Translations under genes and position numbers: made by a program
The notes under the pieces: generated by a model
Database searches by the model: none
Seen by the model: only the letters and a program-made list of their open reading frames with translations
Told to the model about the DNA's origin: nothing
DNA from: a bacterium
GTDB taxonomy: Bacteria > Bacillota > Clostridia > TANB77 > UBA1234
Reading direction: 5' to 3'
Assembly: GCA_963637565.1 (NCBI GenBank)
Contig: CAVHNT010000044.1
Coordinates: forward strand, 519 to 64,518
DNA: 64,000 bases
In this document: in pieces, positions 29,850-40,531 of the stretch
Position numbering within the stretch: position 1 is the stretch's first letter
Layout of the letters: every line of letters starts with the position of its first letter

Positions 29850-30023
29850 TTATAATAAATTAAAAAAACTATTATATAGTTCTGTATGTGTTTGTTCTAA
29901 CTCTTTTAGGTAATTTGAAAGAGTTTGATCAGCTAATTGATTTGCTGTTATTTTACTAGAAGATTGCATAAACTTTTCGTGTCCTAATGCATCTTCTACA
30001 TATAAAAGTTCTTTACTTGTCAT
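29850..30023 (-). CDS. Small Coat_F-like protein (YraE-like)
   Basis: The ATG (MTSKELLYVEDALGHEKF) sits behind AGGTGGTGA. It is a short helical protein paired with the downstream Coat_F gene. Confidence 0.45.
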   Translation of the reverse strand: MTSKELLYVEDALGHEKFMQSSSKITANQLADQTLSNYLKELEQTHTELYNSFFNLL

Positions 30024-30197
30024 ATATATCACCACCTAGAAAATATGTTTTCCAGATTTAATATAAATATTCTAAAAGAAAAAAATTTATAGGAAGAATA
30101 AATAATATAAAATAGACTAGCAAAGTTTAAGTTTGTATGGTATCATGATATATATGTACGATGTATTCAAAATCTGTATCTGGTTGGAGGAATAAAA

Positions 30198-30770
30198 TTG
30201 AAACATATACCTAATATTTTAACAGTTTTTAGAATTATTTTAATACCCTTTATAGTACTATCAATAGTAAATGGAAACTTTTTACTTTCAATTATTCTTT
30301 TCACAATCTCATCAATATCTGATATTTTAGATGGAGTAATAGCAAGAAAATTTGATTATATAAGTAATTTTGGAAAGCTTATGGATCCAGCTGCAGATAA
30401 GTTAACTCAAATATCGATTGTGTGTACATTGGGGATAAAAAATATAATACCAATATGGATTTTTGTAGTTCTAATATTAAAAGAACTTATAATGATGATT
30501 GGTGGATTATATTTGTACAAAAGAAAAGATTTTGTAGTTTATAGCAAATGGTATGGAAAGTGTACAACAGTATTGATATATATAGCTGTTGTAAGTTCAT
30601 TTTTGATAGAAGTAATACCAGCATTAGGAAAAAATATAATGATATTTGGATATAATATGTCTTTTGACGTAATAATATTCATTGTTGCATTGGTATTTGC
30701 ATTATTTTCATTATTAAGTTATATCCAAGAGTTTGGTGTTAATATTCTAAAAAACAGAAAAGACAAATAA
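30198..30770 (+). CDS. pgsA: CDP-diacylglycerol--glycerol-3-phosphate 3-phosphatidyltransferase
   Basis: A TTG start sits behind GGAGG. DILDGVIARKFDYISNFGKLMDPAADKL is the CDP-alcohol phosphatidyltransferase motif D(x)2DG(x)2AR...G(x)3D(x)3D. Confidence 0.85.
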   Translation: MKHIPNILTVFRIILIPFIVLSIVNGNFLLSIILFTISSISDILDGVIARKFDYISNFGKLMDPAADKLTQISIVCTLGIKNIIPIWIFVVLILKELIMMIGGLYLYKRKDFVVYSKWYGKCTTVLIYIAVVSSFLIEVIPALGKNIMIFGYNMSFDVIIFIVALVFALFSLLSYIQEFGVNILKNRKDK

Positions 30771-30830
30771 TTGTAAAATTTAAAGACCGTTTGAAACATA
30801 ATGGTCTTTAAAATATTGAAAGGAAAGAAT

Positions 30831-32093
30831 ATGAGTGAAATTAAAATAATGGGTGGAGGATTAGCAGGAACAGAAGCTGCATATCAAATCGCCAAGAGGG
30901 GTATAAAAGTAAAGCTATATGAAATGAAACCAAAAAAATTTTCACCAGCACATTCAAACAAGAATTTAGCAGAGATAGTTTGTAGTAATTCATTGAAATC
31001 AAATAGTATAACTAACGCTTGTGGACTATTAAAAGAGGAACTTAGAAGATTGGATTCACTTTTGATAAAATGTGCTGACGAAACAAAAGTACCAGCTGGT
31101 CAAGCTTTGGCAGTTGATAGAGAAAAATTTTCTGAACTTGTTACACAAAAAATAGAGGAAAATCCAAACATTGAATTAATTCATGAAGAAGTGGAAAAAA
31201 TCGAAAGTGATGATATAACAATAATAGCCACAGGTCCACTTACATCAGAAAGTTTATCTGAAGAAATTGCTAGAATAACAGGTAAAGAAAAATTGTTTTT
31301 TTATGATGCAGCTGCACCAATTGTTTTAAAGGATTCAATTAATATGGAAAAAGCTTTTACTGCAGACAGATATGGCAAAGGAGAAAGTGACTATATAAAT
31401 TGTCCAATGACAAAAGAAGAATATGATAAATTTTATAACGAATTAATAAATGCAGAAATTGTGAATAAACATGAGTTTGAAAAAGGAAATTTGTTTGAAG
31501 GATGTATGCCAATAGAAGAAATGGCACGACGTGGTTCGCAAACATTAACTTTTGGACCACTTAAGCCAGTGGGATTCGATAAAAAATATTATGCAGTAGT
31601 ACAATTAAGACAGGATAATAAAGAAGATACAATGTATAATCTTGTGGGATTCCAAACAAATTTAAAATTTGGAGAACAAGCAAGAGTATTTAAACTTATT
31701 CCAGCATTAGAAAACGCTGAATTTGTAAAATATGGTGTAATGCATAGAAATACATATATAAACTCTAGCGAATTGTTAGATGAAACTTATAATTTGAAAG
31801 GAACAAATATTTATTTTGCAGGTCAAATATCTGGTGTAGAGGGATATGTTGAATCTATAGCATCTGGATATGTAGCAGCAATTAATGCTGTTCAGAGAAT
31901 AAATAATGGTGATAAAATTGTTTTTTCTGATGAAACAATAATTGGAGCACTTGCCAAATATATATCTACTCCAAATAAAGATTTTCAACCAATGAATGCG
32001 AACTTTGGAATATTAAATTCGGACAAAAAAATTAAAAATAAGATTGAAAGATATGAATATTTAGCAAATCGATCATTAGCACACTTTGAATAG
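30831..32093 (+). CDS. trmFO: Methylenetetrahydrofolate--tRNA-(uracil54-C5)-methyltransferase TrmFO
   Basis: [21 protein letters not shown] is the FAD-binding motif. SNSLKS and a conserved Cys are present. Confidence 0.85.
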   Translation: MSEIKIMGGGLAGTEAAYQIAKRGIKVKLYEMKPKKFSPAHSNKNLAEIVCSNSLKSNSITNACGLLKEELRRLDSLLIKCADETKVPAGQALAVDREKFSELVTQKIEENPNIELIHEEVEKIESDDITIIATGPLTSESLSEEIARITGKEKLFFYDAAAPIVLKDSINMEKAFTADRYGKGESDYINCPMTKEEYDKFYNELINAEIVNKHEFEKGNLFEGCMPIEEMARRGSQTLTFGPLKPVGFDKKYYAVVQLRQDNKEDTMYNLVGFQTNLKFGEQARVFKLIPALENAEFVKYGVMHRNTYINSSELLDETYNLKGTNIYFAGQISGVEGYVESIASGYVAAINAVQRINNGDKIVFSDETIIGALAKYISTPNKDFQPMNANFGILNSDKKIKNKIERYEYLANRSLAHFE

Positions 32094-32110
32094 AAAAAAA
32101 GGAGGTACTT

Positions 32111-33358
32111 ATGAAAAAAATATTATTAACATTAGTTTTGGGCATGTTTTTGATATCTAGCACTGTGTTTGCTGGAAGTGTAAACGTACAGTTAAATGGA
32201 AAAAATATAGACTTTACAGATGAAAAGGGAAATAAGGTTGAAGCACAAATTATAAACTCAAGAACAATGGTGCCAATGAGAAAAATATTTGAACTTTTGG
32301 GAGCATCAATAGAATGGAATGGAGAAACTCGAACCGTTTTAGCAACTAAAAATAATACAACTATAAAATTACAAATTGGTAATGAAATAGCTGAAGTAAA
32401 TAAGAACGGAAAAAATGAAAGAATAAAACTTGATTCAAAACCAATTATAATGAATAGCAGAACTTTGGTGCCTCTTAGATTTATATCTGAAAGTTTAGAC
32501 AAACAAGTAGGCTGGGACAGTGAGAATCAAACCGCAATAATAATTGATTACGATTATTTCTTGGAAAAAATAAAAGTTAACACACCTACCTTTTATAAAG
32601 CACTTACAACCATACCAACACAAAGTGCTACAATACAAATTACAAGAAATTATAACGATTTAACAAATAGTACAAATAATACCACTTCCACAGTTTATGC
32701 AACATTAACTCAAAAAGCAACTAATAAGCAAAATATACTAATAAATTTTAGTGGAAATTCATTGCTATTTAAAGAAATAGTTGAAGAGGGATGGGGAGAT
32801 ATAGCATTAGATGTAACTTACGATAATAATGGGGTAACGTATACAACACAATCACCAATACTTTCAAAAATGTTGAATTCAAATAGAAAAACATATGATG
32901 AACTTGGACTTGTTGGAAGATATAATACGTCTTTTTCAGAGCTTGCTAAGGAATTGTTAAAAATAAATGAGAACAATTTAAATGTAAATACATTTAGTAG
33001 AATCAGAGAAGAATATGATAATTTTTTAAAACTATTTTCTATTTCAGAAAGCAATGGAGTATCAACTATTAAGGCAAATGAAATAAAATATTCCAATGCA
33101 AACAATGTATACATTGATTATACAAAATTTGACAACATAATTGTTGAAAATGAATTTCTTCAAGTATATAATTTAATCAACAAATTATTATTTAATTATG
33201 ATGTGAGTATGGATGAGTTATTATATGATACATCAAATATAAGTGTAGACTTAATTTCACAGGTTCAAGATGATAATATAATAACAAATATAACAATTAA
33301 ATTACAAAATGATTATAACGAGTTGTACACATATGTAATTAAAATTAATAAAAAATAA
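32111..33358 (+). CDS. Copper amine oxidase N-terminal domain (Cu_amine_oxidN1) secreted protein, paralogue 1
   Basis: It has a signal peptide, then INSRTMVPMRKIFELLGASIEWNGETRTV and a second copy NSRTLVPLRFISESL. These are the tandem 'stalk' domains. Confidence 0.7.
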   Translation: MKKILLTLVLGMFLISSTVFAGSVNVQLNGKNIDFTDEKGNKVEAQIINSRTMVPMRKIFELLGASIEWNGETRTVLATKNNTTIKLQIGNEIAEVNKNGKNERIKLDSKPIIMNSRTLVPLRFISESLDKQVGWDSENQTAIIIDYDYFLEKIKVNTPTFYKALTTIPTQSATIQITRNYNDLTNSTNNTTSTVYATLTQKATNKQNILINFSGNSLLFKEIVEEGWGDIALDVTYDNNGVTYTTQSPILSKMLNSNRKTYDELGLVGRYNTSFSELAKELLKINENNLNVNTFSRIREEYDNFLKLFSISESNGVSTIKANEIKYSNANNVYIDYTKFDNIIVENEFLQVYNLINKLLFNYDVSMDELLYDTSNISVDLISQVQDDNIITNITIKLQNDYNELYTYVIKINKK

Positions 33359-33374
33359 ATAGGAGGTGCTTATT

Positions 33375-34736
33375 ATGAAAAATTCAAAAATAATTGCATT
33401 AATATTGTCAATGAGTATGATACTTTCAATGTTTACTATGGTATTTGCTTATGATATGACAACACAAAATGATATGCTACTTATATCACAAAATCCATTT
33501 GCAGATGACTCTATTAAAGTATTAGTAAATGATCAACAAATTGATTTTACTGATGAAAATGGAAATGTAGTTGAACCTAAAATTATAAATAGTAGAACAA
33601 TGGTACCAATGAGAAAAATATTTGAAGTTTTTGGTGCTAATGTTGAATGGGAAGGAACAACACAAACAATAACAGCAACAACAGAAAGTAAAACTTTAGT
33701 TCTACAAATAAATAATCAAGAAGCAACGGTTAAAAGCGGAGATACAGAAGAAAAAATAATGTTGGATTCCGCACCAGTTATATATGATAGTAGAACATTA
33801 GTACCAGTTAGGTTTATAGCTGAATCATTAGAATTACATGTCGATTGGGTGCCTGAAACAAGAACTGTTGTAATTTTGGATTCAAGTTTCATATATGATA
33901 GATTACAAAAAGAAACACCAAATTTGTATGAGTTTATGAGCTACGAAGGTATAACACCAGAAACACTTCAGACTGCATTTAAAGCAAACGCAACATTAAA
34001 TTATAAAGATTCAGATAAGAATATTACAAATTTAAAATCAGTTTTAAATGGTGTTATTAAGTATGGTTCAAATAAGATGTTTGTAGACATGACTTTGAAA
34101 ACAACTGGAAAAGGTACTTTATTAGATACTTTGAAAGAAAATGGATTTGATGATATTTCACTAAGCAAAATTGCAGATTTTAGTGAAAAAGTTATATATA
34201 TAAAATCATCTCTATTAGAATCAGAGATAGGGAAGAAGTGGGCAAAACTTAATTCAACAGAAGTTTTTGATAAATATAACACGATTTTATCTAGCAAAAC
34301 TTCATTTAAAGATACAATTGAAACAGCACTTAATGAGATGAAATTAACTGAAAATTCTTATTCTGAAATTAATAATGTGTTGGATTATGTATGTGCATTT
34401 GCTAATGATAAGTATTTAAAAGTATCAGGAAGAACAACAAAAACATATACATATGAAATAGATTTAGACGATATTATTGAAATATTAGATTTAAATATTA
34501 CGAGAGCAGAATTAAAAGAAGAAAATCAAATATCTGATGCTAGTATAAAGATTTCTACAAAAGTTAAAGATGGTTATGCAACAGACACAAGCTTGGCTAT
34601 GTCTTTAAAAATTGAAGATGATGCTGAACAAGTTGAAATAAAACTTGATTTAAGCCAAAGTGTTGAAAAAATAAATGAAGCAATTACAATCAACATACCA
34701 ATTGAAAGAAATGTGGTAAATATAAGTGAAATGTAA
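33375..34736 (+). CDS. Copper amine oxidase N-terminal domain secreted protein, paralogue 2
   Basis: ATG 33375 sits behind AGGAGGTG. It has the same INSRTMVPMRKIFEVFGANVEWEGTTQTI / DSRTLVPVRFIAESL domains, with a divergent C-terminus. Confidence 0.7.
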   Translation: MKNSKIIALILSMSMILSMFTMVFAYDMTTQNDMLLISQNPFADDSIKVLVNDQQIDFTDENGNVVEPKIINSRTMVPMRKIFEVFGANVEWEGTTQTITATTESKTLVLQINNQEATVKSGDTEEKIMLDSAPVIYDSRTLVPVRFIAESLELHVDWVPETRTVVILDSSFIYDRLQKETPNLYEFMSYEGITPETLQTAFKANATLNYKDSDKNITNLKSVLNGVIKYGSNKMFVDMTLKTTGKGTLLDTLKENGFDDISLSKIADFSEKVIYIKSSLLESEIGKKWAKLNSTEVFDKYNTILSSKTSFKDTIETALNEMKLTENSYSEINNVLDYVCAFANDKYLKVSGRTTKTYTYEIDLDDIIEILDLNITRAELKEENQISDASIKISTKVKDGYATDTSLAMSLKIEDDAEQVEIKLDLSQSVEKINEAITINIPIERNVVNISEM

Positions 34737-34814
34737 TTTAAAAGGAAAATAAAGGTATAAAAACCTCTTTTAGGGAAATAATCATATTAAAAATAACCCT
34801 AAAGGAGGTTTTTT

Positions 34815-35564
34815 ATGAAAAGAAAAGTTTTTATAATTAGTATACTAACAATGTTATTATTTGTTTCTTTAAATGCTACAAATACAGAGGCAATGACTTA
34901 TTATGAGAATGTAAATTTCGTTACTGGAATGGTTACTGCGAGTGCACTTAATGTAAGATGTGGACCAGGAACAAAATACAAAGCAATAGGGATGATTTAC
35001 AAAAATGAATATGTAAGGGTTTTTGCAAAGGTCGGAGATTGGTACGTTATTCAAACAAATAGCGATTTGATAGGTGCGGTTAGCAAAAAATATATAAAGA
35101 ACGCAACCAGCAGTTCAAGTCAGGGTGGAAATACATCAAGCAACACAAATAATACTAACACATCAGATTCATTATCTGGATATAGTACAGATGAAAAAGA
35201 ATTGTTAAATCTTATAAATGAGCAAAGAAAAGCATATGGCTTACCAGAACTTTCTTTTAATAGCGAATTACAAAGAGTAGCAAAGGCCAAGGCACAAGAT
35301 TTAGTAGCAAATAACTATTTTTCACATAATTCTCCAACATATGGAAGTCCATTTGATATGATGAAATCATTTGGAATAACTTACAAAACGGCAGGAGAAA
35401 ATATTGCAGGAAACTCTACTTTAAAAGGGGCTGTAGATGCATGGATGAATTCAACTGGTCATAGAGAAAACATACTAAATAATGCATATAATTATACAGG
35501 AATTGGTGTTGTGGATTCTCCAAAGTATGGAAAGATAATGGTTCAAATGTTTATAGGAAAGTAA
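34815..35564 (+). CDS. Secreted SH3b + CAP (SCP/PR-1, YkwD-like) domain protein
   Basis: It has a signal peptide, an SH3b-like region (ALNVRCGPGTKYKAIGMIYKNEYVRV...GDWYVIQ), an S/N/T linker and a CAP domain (YFSHNSP...GENIA...W...S.GHRENIL). Confidence 0.7.
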   Translation: MKRKVFIISILTMLLFVSLNATNTEAMTYYENVNFVTGMVTASALNVRCGPGTKYKAIGMIYKNEYVRVFAKVGDWYVIQTNSDLIGAVSKKYIKNATSSSSQGGNTSSNTNNTNTSDSLSGYSTDEKELLNLINEQRKAYGLPELSFNSELQRVAKAKAQDLVANNYFSHNSPTYGSPFDMMKSFGITYKTAGENIAGNSTLKGAVDAWMNSTGHRENILNNAYNYTGIGVVDSPKYGKIMVQMFIGK

Positions 35565-35590
35565 AAAATAGAGGTACGAATTATTTTATT

Positions 35591-35650
35591 CGTGCCTCTA
35601 CAGACTGTTGACAAACCCTTATGCTTTTCACACGAGGTTTGTTAACAGTC
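35591..35650. terminator. Bidirectional terminator hairpin between convergent genes
   Basis: CAGACTGTTGACAAACC ... GGTTTGTTAACAGTCTG is a 17-bp stem with 1 mismatch. A T-run lies on the left and A/T-rich sequence on the right. Confidence 0.5.
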
Positions 35651-35670
35651 TGACTGAAAAGCTTTGATTT

Positions 35671-36714
35671 TCATCTTTCTTGATTTTCTTGTGCAAAAGA
35701 ATTATTTATTACTTTATCGAAAGGAGCGACTTTATTCAATTCACCAGCTTCAGTTATTACCTTTTGCAATAGATTGAATGATTCTTCACTCATAACAGGG
35801 GTTTCATTCCAAACATCAATCTCTTTGTAATGTTCAATTGCTTTTGTAAGAATGTCTATATCTGTGTCAGGAAAAGACGATACAACAGCATTTGCAATTT
35901 CAGAAGCAGAGTGTGAATTTACATAGTTTAATCCTTTCTTTATCGCATTGACAAAATGTGATATTGTATCCTTATTGTTTTCAATATAGCTCTTTTTAGC
36001 AAAGTATGATGTGTATGGAATTTCATCAGTTGATGCACCAACAGCTGCAACAATATATCCTTGATTATTTAGTTCCAAGCTAGATGCTGTTGGTTCAAAA
36101 ACTGTTACAAAATCTCCGGTGCCTGAAACGAATGCACTCGTCATTGCATCAAAACTTATTGATGTGTCTAAGTTTAAATCTTCTTTTGGATTTATTTCGT
36201 TTTGCTTTAATACATATTCAAATGTCATGTATGGAACTCCACCAGTTCTTCCTGGCAATATATGTTTTCCTTTTAACATATTCCAATTAAAATCTGAAAT
36301 TTTTTCTCTTGCAACTAACATTGAACCATCTCTTTTGGTTAATTGGGCAAACACCTCAGTATAGTCAGAAGCACCTTCATTATATACATATATTGCGGCT
36401 TCTGGTCCTGCAAAACCAATATCAACTTGATTTGATAAGACTGCCGTCATTACATTGTTAGCTCCGCCACCGTTTATCAATTCTATTTCCAATCCTTCTT
36501 CTTTAAAGAACCCTAGATTAATTGCAACGTATTGTGGAGCATAAAAAACAGAATGCGTTACTTCACTAACTGTAATTTTTTGTACCTTGGTTTCAGGTGT
36601 ATCACCAGAATTTATTACTTGATGGTTTAAATTATCTTTTTTGCAAATCAAAGCAATAGTAATTACAATTACGACTGCCATGATAGAGATTAAAGTATAA
36701 GTTAATCTTCTCAT
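35671..36714 (-). CDS. ABC transporter substrate-binding protein (NMT1/THI5/SsuA-like)
   Basis: An N-terminal TM/signal anchor is followed by an NMT1-like periplasmic binding fold (VFYAPQYVAINLGFFKEEGLEIELI...). Confidence 0.7.
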   Translation of the reverse strand: MRRLTYTLISIMAVVIVITIALICKKDNLNHQVINSGDTPETKVQKITVSEVTHSVFYAPQYVAINLGFFKEEGLEIELINGGGANNVMTAVLSNQVDIGFAGPEAAIYVYNEGASDYTEVFAQLTKRDGSMLVAREKISDFNWNMLKGKHILPGRTGGVPYMTFEYVLKQNEINPKEDLNLDTSISFDAMTSAFVSGTGDFVTVFEPTASSLELNNQGYIVAAVGASTDEIPYTSYFAKKSYIENNKDTISHFVNAIKKGLNYVNSHSASEIANAVVSSFPDTDIDILTKAIEHYKEIDVWNETPVMSEESFNLLQKVITEAGELNKVAPFDKVINNSFAQENQER

Positions 36715-36862
36715 ATATACCTCCTCATATAAGTGAACTTACTTATATATTATTATGCGATTATAAATAAAATGTGCCAATTTTAATTTTGACTTTATCT
36801 AATTGAAGTTAAATAGATAGAGACGTGTTAAAATTGACACAACCATATGATAACTTTATCTT

Positions 36863-37681
36863 TTAAACTTTAACATGCATTATAAATCTCATAATAACCT
36901 TTTCTAGTAGGATAACTGATTTATACATCAATGCTGCGACAATTCCAAGGATTATTACGCTGGTCATAACTAAATCAAGTTTAAAAACTTGCCCTCCATA
37001 TACTATTAAGTATCCAAGACCTGCTTTGGAAACCAGAAACTCGCCCGAAATTACACCAACAAGTGAAAGTCCTATATTAACTTTCATAGCATTTATAAGT
37101 GATGAAATGTTAGAAGGAAAGACAATCTTACTAAAAATTTGCCACTTGTTTGCATTAAAAGTGTTCGCCATTTTAATTAAATTTTTATCTGTTGATGTAA
37201 AACCATTTAACATTTCTAGAATTGTGACTATTATAGAAATAGCAAGTGCCATTACTATTATTGCGGATGTCCCGGCTCCAGCCCAAACAATTATAATAGG
37301 TCCGAGAGCAACTTTAGGTAGACTGTGTAAAATAATTAGAAATGGTTCTGCTACCTTTGAGGCAAAATCTGACCACCAGAGTAAAAAGGCGATTATAGTT
37401 CCTAATAGTGTTCCAAGTAAAAATCCTACTAAAGTTTCATAACATGTTATTCCAACATGCAATAATAAGTTGTTTGATGAAAAATTTAACATTGTGTTCA
37501 ATATACGCGAGGGTTGGCTAGTTATAAATGGATTTATAACACCAATGTTTCCTAGTATTTCCCATAGAAGAATGAAGGTAACAAGTATAAAAAGTTGAGT
37601 AAATAAAATTTTATATTTTCTTTTTTTCTTATTTTTTAAAAATGATTTTCTTTCATCAGAAATTGTATTATCCATTGGCAT
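36863..37681 (-). CDS. ABC transporter permease (SsuC/TauC-like, BPD_transp_1)
   Basis: It has six TM helices and the EAA-like loop motif region. Confidence 0.75.
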   Translation of the reverse strand: MPMDNTISDERKSFLKNKKKRKYKILFTQLFILVTFILLWEILGNIGVINPFITSQPSRILNTMLNFSSNNLLLHVGITCYETLVGFLLGTLLGTIIAFLLWWSDFASKVAEPFLIILHSLPKVALGPIIIVWAGAGTSAIIVMALAISIIVTILEMLNGFTSTDKNLIKMANTFNANKWQIFSKIVFPSNISSLINAMKVNIGLSLVGVISGEFLVSKAGLGYLIVYGGQVFKLDLVMTSVIILGIVAALMYKSVILLEKVIMRFIMHVKV

Positions 37682-38436
37682 TTAACTCCTTCCAAATGCA
37701 ATCAAAATACTTACTGAAAGCAGGATCTTCTCTGCAATTTAAAGGAGTTCTGTTTGAAATGTCAAAATTAATATCATAAACATTCTTTATTACAGCTGGT
37801 CTTTTAGAAAGTACAATGATTTTATCAGACATGCTTATACTTTCTGGAATATCATGCGTTACCATTATTGCGGTTTTATGTTCGTTTTTGATTATGCTAT
37901 AAACATCATTTGTGACATCTAAACGAGTTTGGTAATCAAGTGCAGAAAAGGCTTCATCTAGTAGAAGGTAGGAGGGCTTGGTAGCTAATGTTCTTATAAG
38001 TGCAACTCTTTGCTTCATTCCACCTGAAAGTTGAGATGGATATTTGTCAATAAACTCCCCGAAGTCCATATGTGTTTAGAAGGTTTAATGCATATTTCTT
38101 ACTTTCTTCGTTTAACATATTTTTAATTTCAAGACCTATAAGTACGTTTTTATACACTGTTCTCCAATCTAATAAATAATCTTTTTGAAGCATATATCCA
38201 ATGTTTTCTATTTTTCCTGTAATATCTTTTCCATCCAAAATCACATTGCCTGATGACGGCATTTCTAATCCTGCTATTATAGAAAGCAAAGTCGATTTAC
38301 CGCATCCACTTGGACCAACTATGCTAATAAAATCACCTTGTTTAAAAGAATAAGAAAAATCTTTGATTGCTAGAACTTCGCCATTAATGTCTTGATAGAC
38401 TTTTGAAATCTTATTCAAGACTAATCCATTTTTCAT
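37668..38436 (-). pseudogene. ABC transporter ATP-binding protein split by a +1 frameshift in a G4/C4 homopolymer (two ORFs 38047-38436 and 37668-38069)
   Basis: The upstream half carries Walker A GPSGCGKST and ends ...LLNTYGLRGVY*. The downstream half begins MDFGEFIDKYPSQLSGGMKQR and has Walker B LLLDEAFSALD. Removing one G from CGGGGAG (plus strand CTCCCCG, about 38054-38058) restores a continuous ...LLNTYGLREFIDKYPSQLSGG.... Confidence 0.7.
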
Positions 38437-38581
38437 ATTGTATTCCTCCTTGAGTAAGCATTTATGCTACATATTATGAAAAAATAAGCGTAATTGTGAC
38501 AAAATGTCTATTGATACTTCTCTTTATTGTATTGCATAATTTGAAAAAGTAAGACATACACTTTCTTTGAGGTGATTTAAG

Positions 38582-39793
38582 TTGAAAAGAATAATTGCTA
38601 GTGTATTAGCTGTTTTTATCATATTTTTAAGTTTCGCAAATGGAATTGTTTTTGGATTTGATAGTGAAAATCTAGATGAAGATTTAACTCAAGAGGAACT
38701 TGCGGCAGTTGTTAATATGAAAGGAAAGCCAAGCATATTATCAAGGTCTGCCCTTGTTTATGACAGAAAATATAAAAAAATATTATATGAAAAAAATATT
38801 GATGAGAAGGTTCCAAATGCGTCAACAACCAAAATATTAACAGCTATAGTTGCATATGAGAATGCTGACATAAATGATGAAGTTGTTATAAGCGAAAGGG
38901 CAGCCAGTATTGGTGGTTCAACAATTAACTTGAGAAAAGGAAATAAAGTCCTTTTAGGTGACTTAATGAAAGGATTACTTATTTGTTCTGGAAATGACGC
39001 TGCAATAGCAATAGCGGAACATGTTTCTGGAAGTGCTGAAGATTTTTGTGTTGAAATGAATAAGAAAGCAAAAGAAATCGGTGCAAATAACACAAATTTT
39101 GTTACGCCGCATGGACTAGATAATGATTTACATTATACAACGGCAAGAGATTTGTTATTAATTGCAGACTATTTGCTAAATATCGAATATCTTGCAAATA
39201 TAGTTAATATGCGAGATGCAACCATAAAAATAGACACATACGAAAAAAATCTACATAACACAAATGAAATGCTATCAATATACAAGGAAGCAAATGGTTT
39301 GAAAACTGGGTACACGAGTAAAGCTGGAAGGTGTTTAGTTACATCTATAACAAGGAATGATAGACAGGTTATTTCGATTGTTTTGGGATGTGATACTAAG
39401 AAACAAAGAACAAGTGAAAGTATTCAACTGTTGAATTATGCATATAATAACTTTGAAGTTGTTGATATATATGAGAATATGAAAAAATCTTTTATAATTA
39501 ATGTGGAAAAAAGTAAAAACAGAATATACGAAATAAATATAAATGGTAAGAAAGAAATGTTGCTACCTATTGGAGAAAAAGAAGATATATTGTATGAGTA
39601 CGATTTGAAAAAAGATATGTCTGCACCAGTTTTTAAAGGGGAAAAAATAGGAAGTATAGTTATAAAGAGCCCTAAAGACGTAATTGAAACGTTAGAAATA
39701 AGAATGCCTAAATCAATAAAACGAAAAAGTGTAATAGAGTACTTTAATAAGATAATTGGTAGTCAGCTTGAATATGTGTTAATAAATGTTTAG
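38582..39793 (+). CDS. D-alanyl-D-alanine carboxypeptidase (peptidase S11, DacA/DacF-like)
   Basis: It has a signal peptide and the S11 motifs SxxK (ASTTK), SxN (SGND) and KTG (KTGYT). A TTG start sits behind GAGGTGA. Confidence 0.85.
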   Translation: MKRIIASVLAVFIIFLSFANGIVFGFDSENLDEDLTQEELAAVVNMKGKPSILSRSALVYDRKYKKILYEKNIDEKVPNASTTKILTAIVAYENADINDEVVISERAASIGGSTINLRKGNKVLLGDLMKGLLICSGNDAAIAIAEHVSGSAEDFCVEMNKKAKEIGANNTNFVTPHGLDNDLHYTTARDLLLIADYLLNIEYLANIVNMRDATIKIDTYEKNLHNTNEMLSIYKEANGLKTGYTSKAGRCLVTSITRNDRQVISIVLGCDTKKQRTSESIQLLNYAYNNFEVVDIYENMKKSFIINVEKSKNRIYEININGKKEMLLPIGEKEDILYEYDLKKDMSAPVFKGEKIGSIVIKSPKDVIETLEIRMPKSIKRKSVIEYFNKIIGSQLEYVLINV

Positions 39794-39914
39794 TATTATC
39801 ATTTTTTTTGAAATTATTTACCCATTAAAAAGCATTTTGTTGTTGAAATATGCTTAAAATTGTAGTATCATATGTGTGGGGAATTATCTTCTAGTATAAT
39901 TCGAAGGAGGATAT

Positions 39915-40439
39915 ATGAAAAACAAAGAAATAAGAAAAATACTTGTTGTTATAATGTCTTTGGCAATGATTATAGCATTTAATTCGACTGTGCTTGCAAC
40001 AATTGGATCTGTTTCAGCCAATAGTTCAATAGATACAGTTGATATGCCATTACCACCGGTAGATGATGATAACAATAAAAATGATGAGCTAGTACCTGAT
40101 GCTTCAAATAAAAAAGAGAATGATATGACAGAAGCTGGCGAAACAGTTGTTGGGAGAATTAGTAGAAAAGAAAAAAGAATAGCAGAATTGACAGATAAAT
40201 ATAATGATGAGGTATATGGTAAAGTTGCATACTATTTAGAAGTTGCACAAAAATATAGTTTACCAATATGTTTTATAGGAATAGCTATGGGTTCTTTTAA
40301 TTTTTTGATAGTGGGCAATAAGAAACTTGACAAAAAAGAACAAGGTTATGGCTGGATAGTAGGATTTGTAATAGGGTTAGTAGTTTTTAATGTAATGCCT
40401 TTATTATTTGCATTGTTTGTTGCTGGCAGAGGTGCTTAA
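39915..40439 (+). CDS. Hypothetical exported/membrane protein
   Basis: RBS AAGGAGG is present. It has a signal peptide and two C-terminal TM helices. No motif recognised. Confidence 0.45.
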   Translation: MKNKEIRKILVVIMSLAMIIAFNSTVLATIGSVSANSSIDTVDMPLPPVDDDNNKNDELVPDASNKKENDMTEAGETVVGRISRKEKRIAELTDKYNDEVYGKVAYYLEVAQKYSLPICFIGIAMGSFNFLIVGNKKLDKKEQGYGWIVGFVIGLVVFNVMPLLFALFVAGRGA

Positions 40440-40531
40440 GAATAATGCAAAAGGACTTTTTGTCCAAATGATATTAATTTGTAATTTAGTTGTAGATTTA
40501 TACTAAAGCATAAATAGGAAGGTGAATGATA

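Noticed and set aside
30781-30810. Hairpin TAAAGACC…GGTCTTTA after pgsA as a terminator
   Set aside because: It is a short stem with no following T-run and lies immediately before the trmFO RBS. It could be incidental.
38437-38581. Possible TPP or other riboswitch upstream of the NMT1/ThiY-like ABC operon
   Set aside because: There is no CUGAGA / ACYUGGGG-type TPP core or other recognisable riboswitch consensus in the 145-nt leader on the minus strand.
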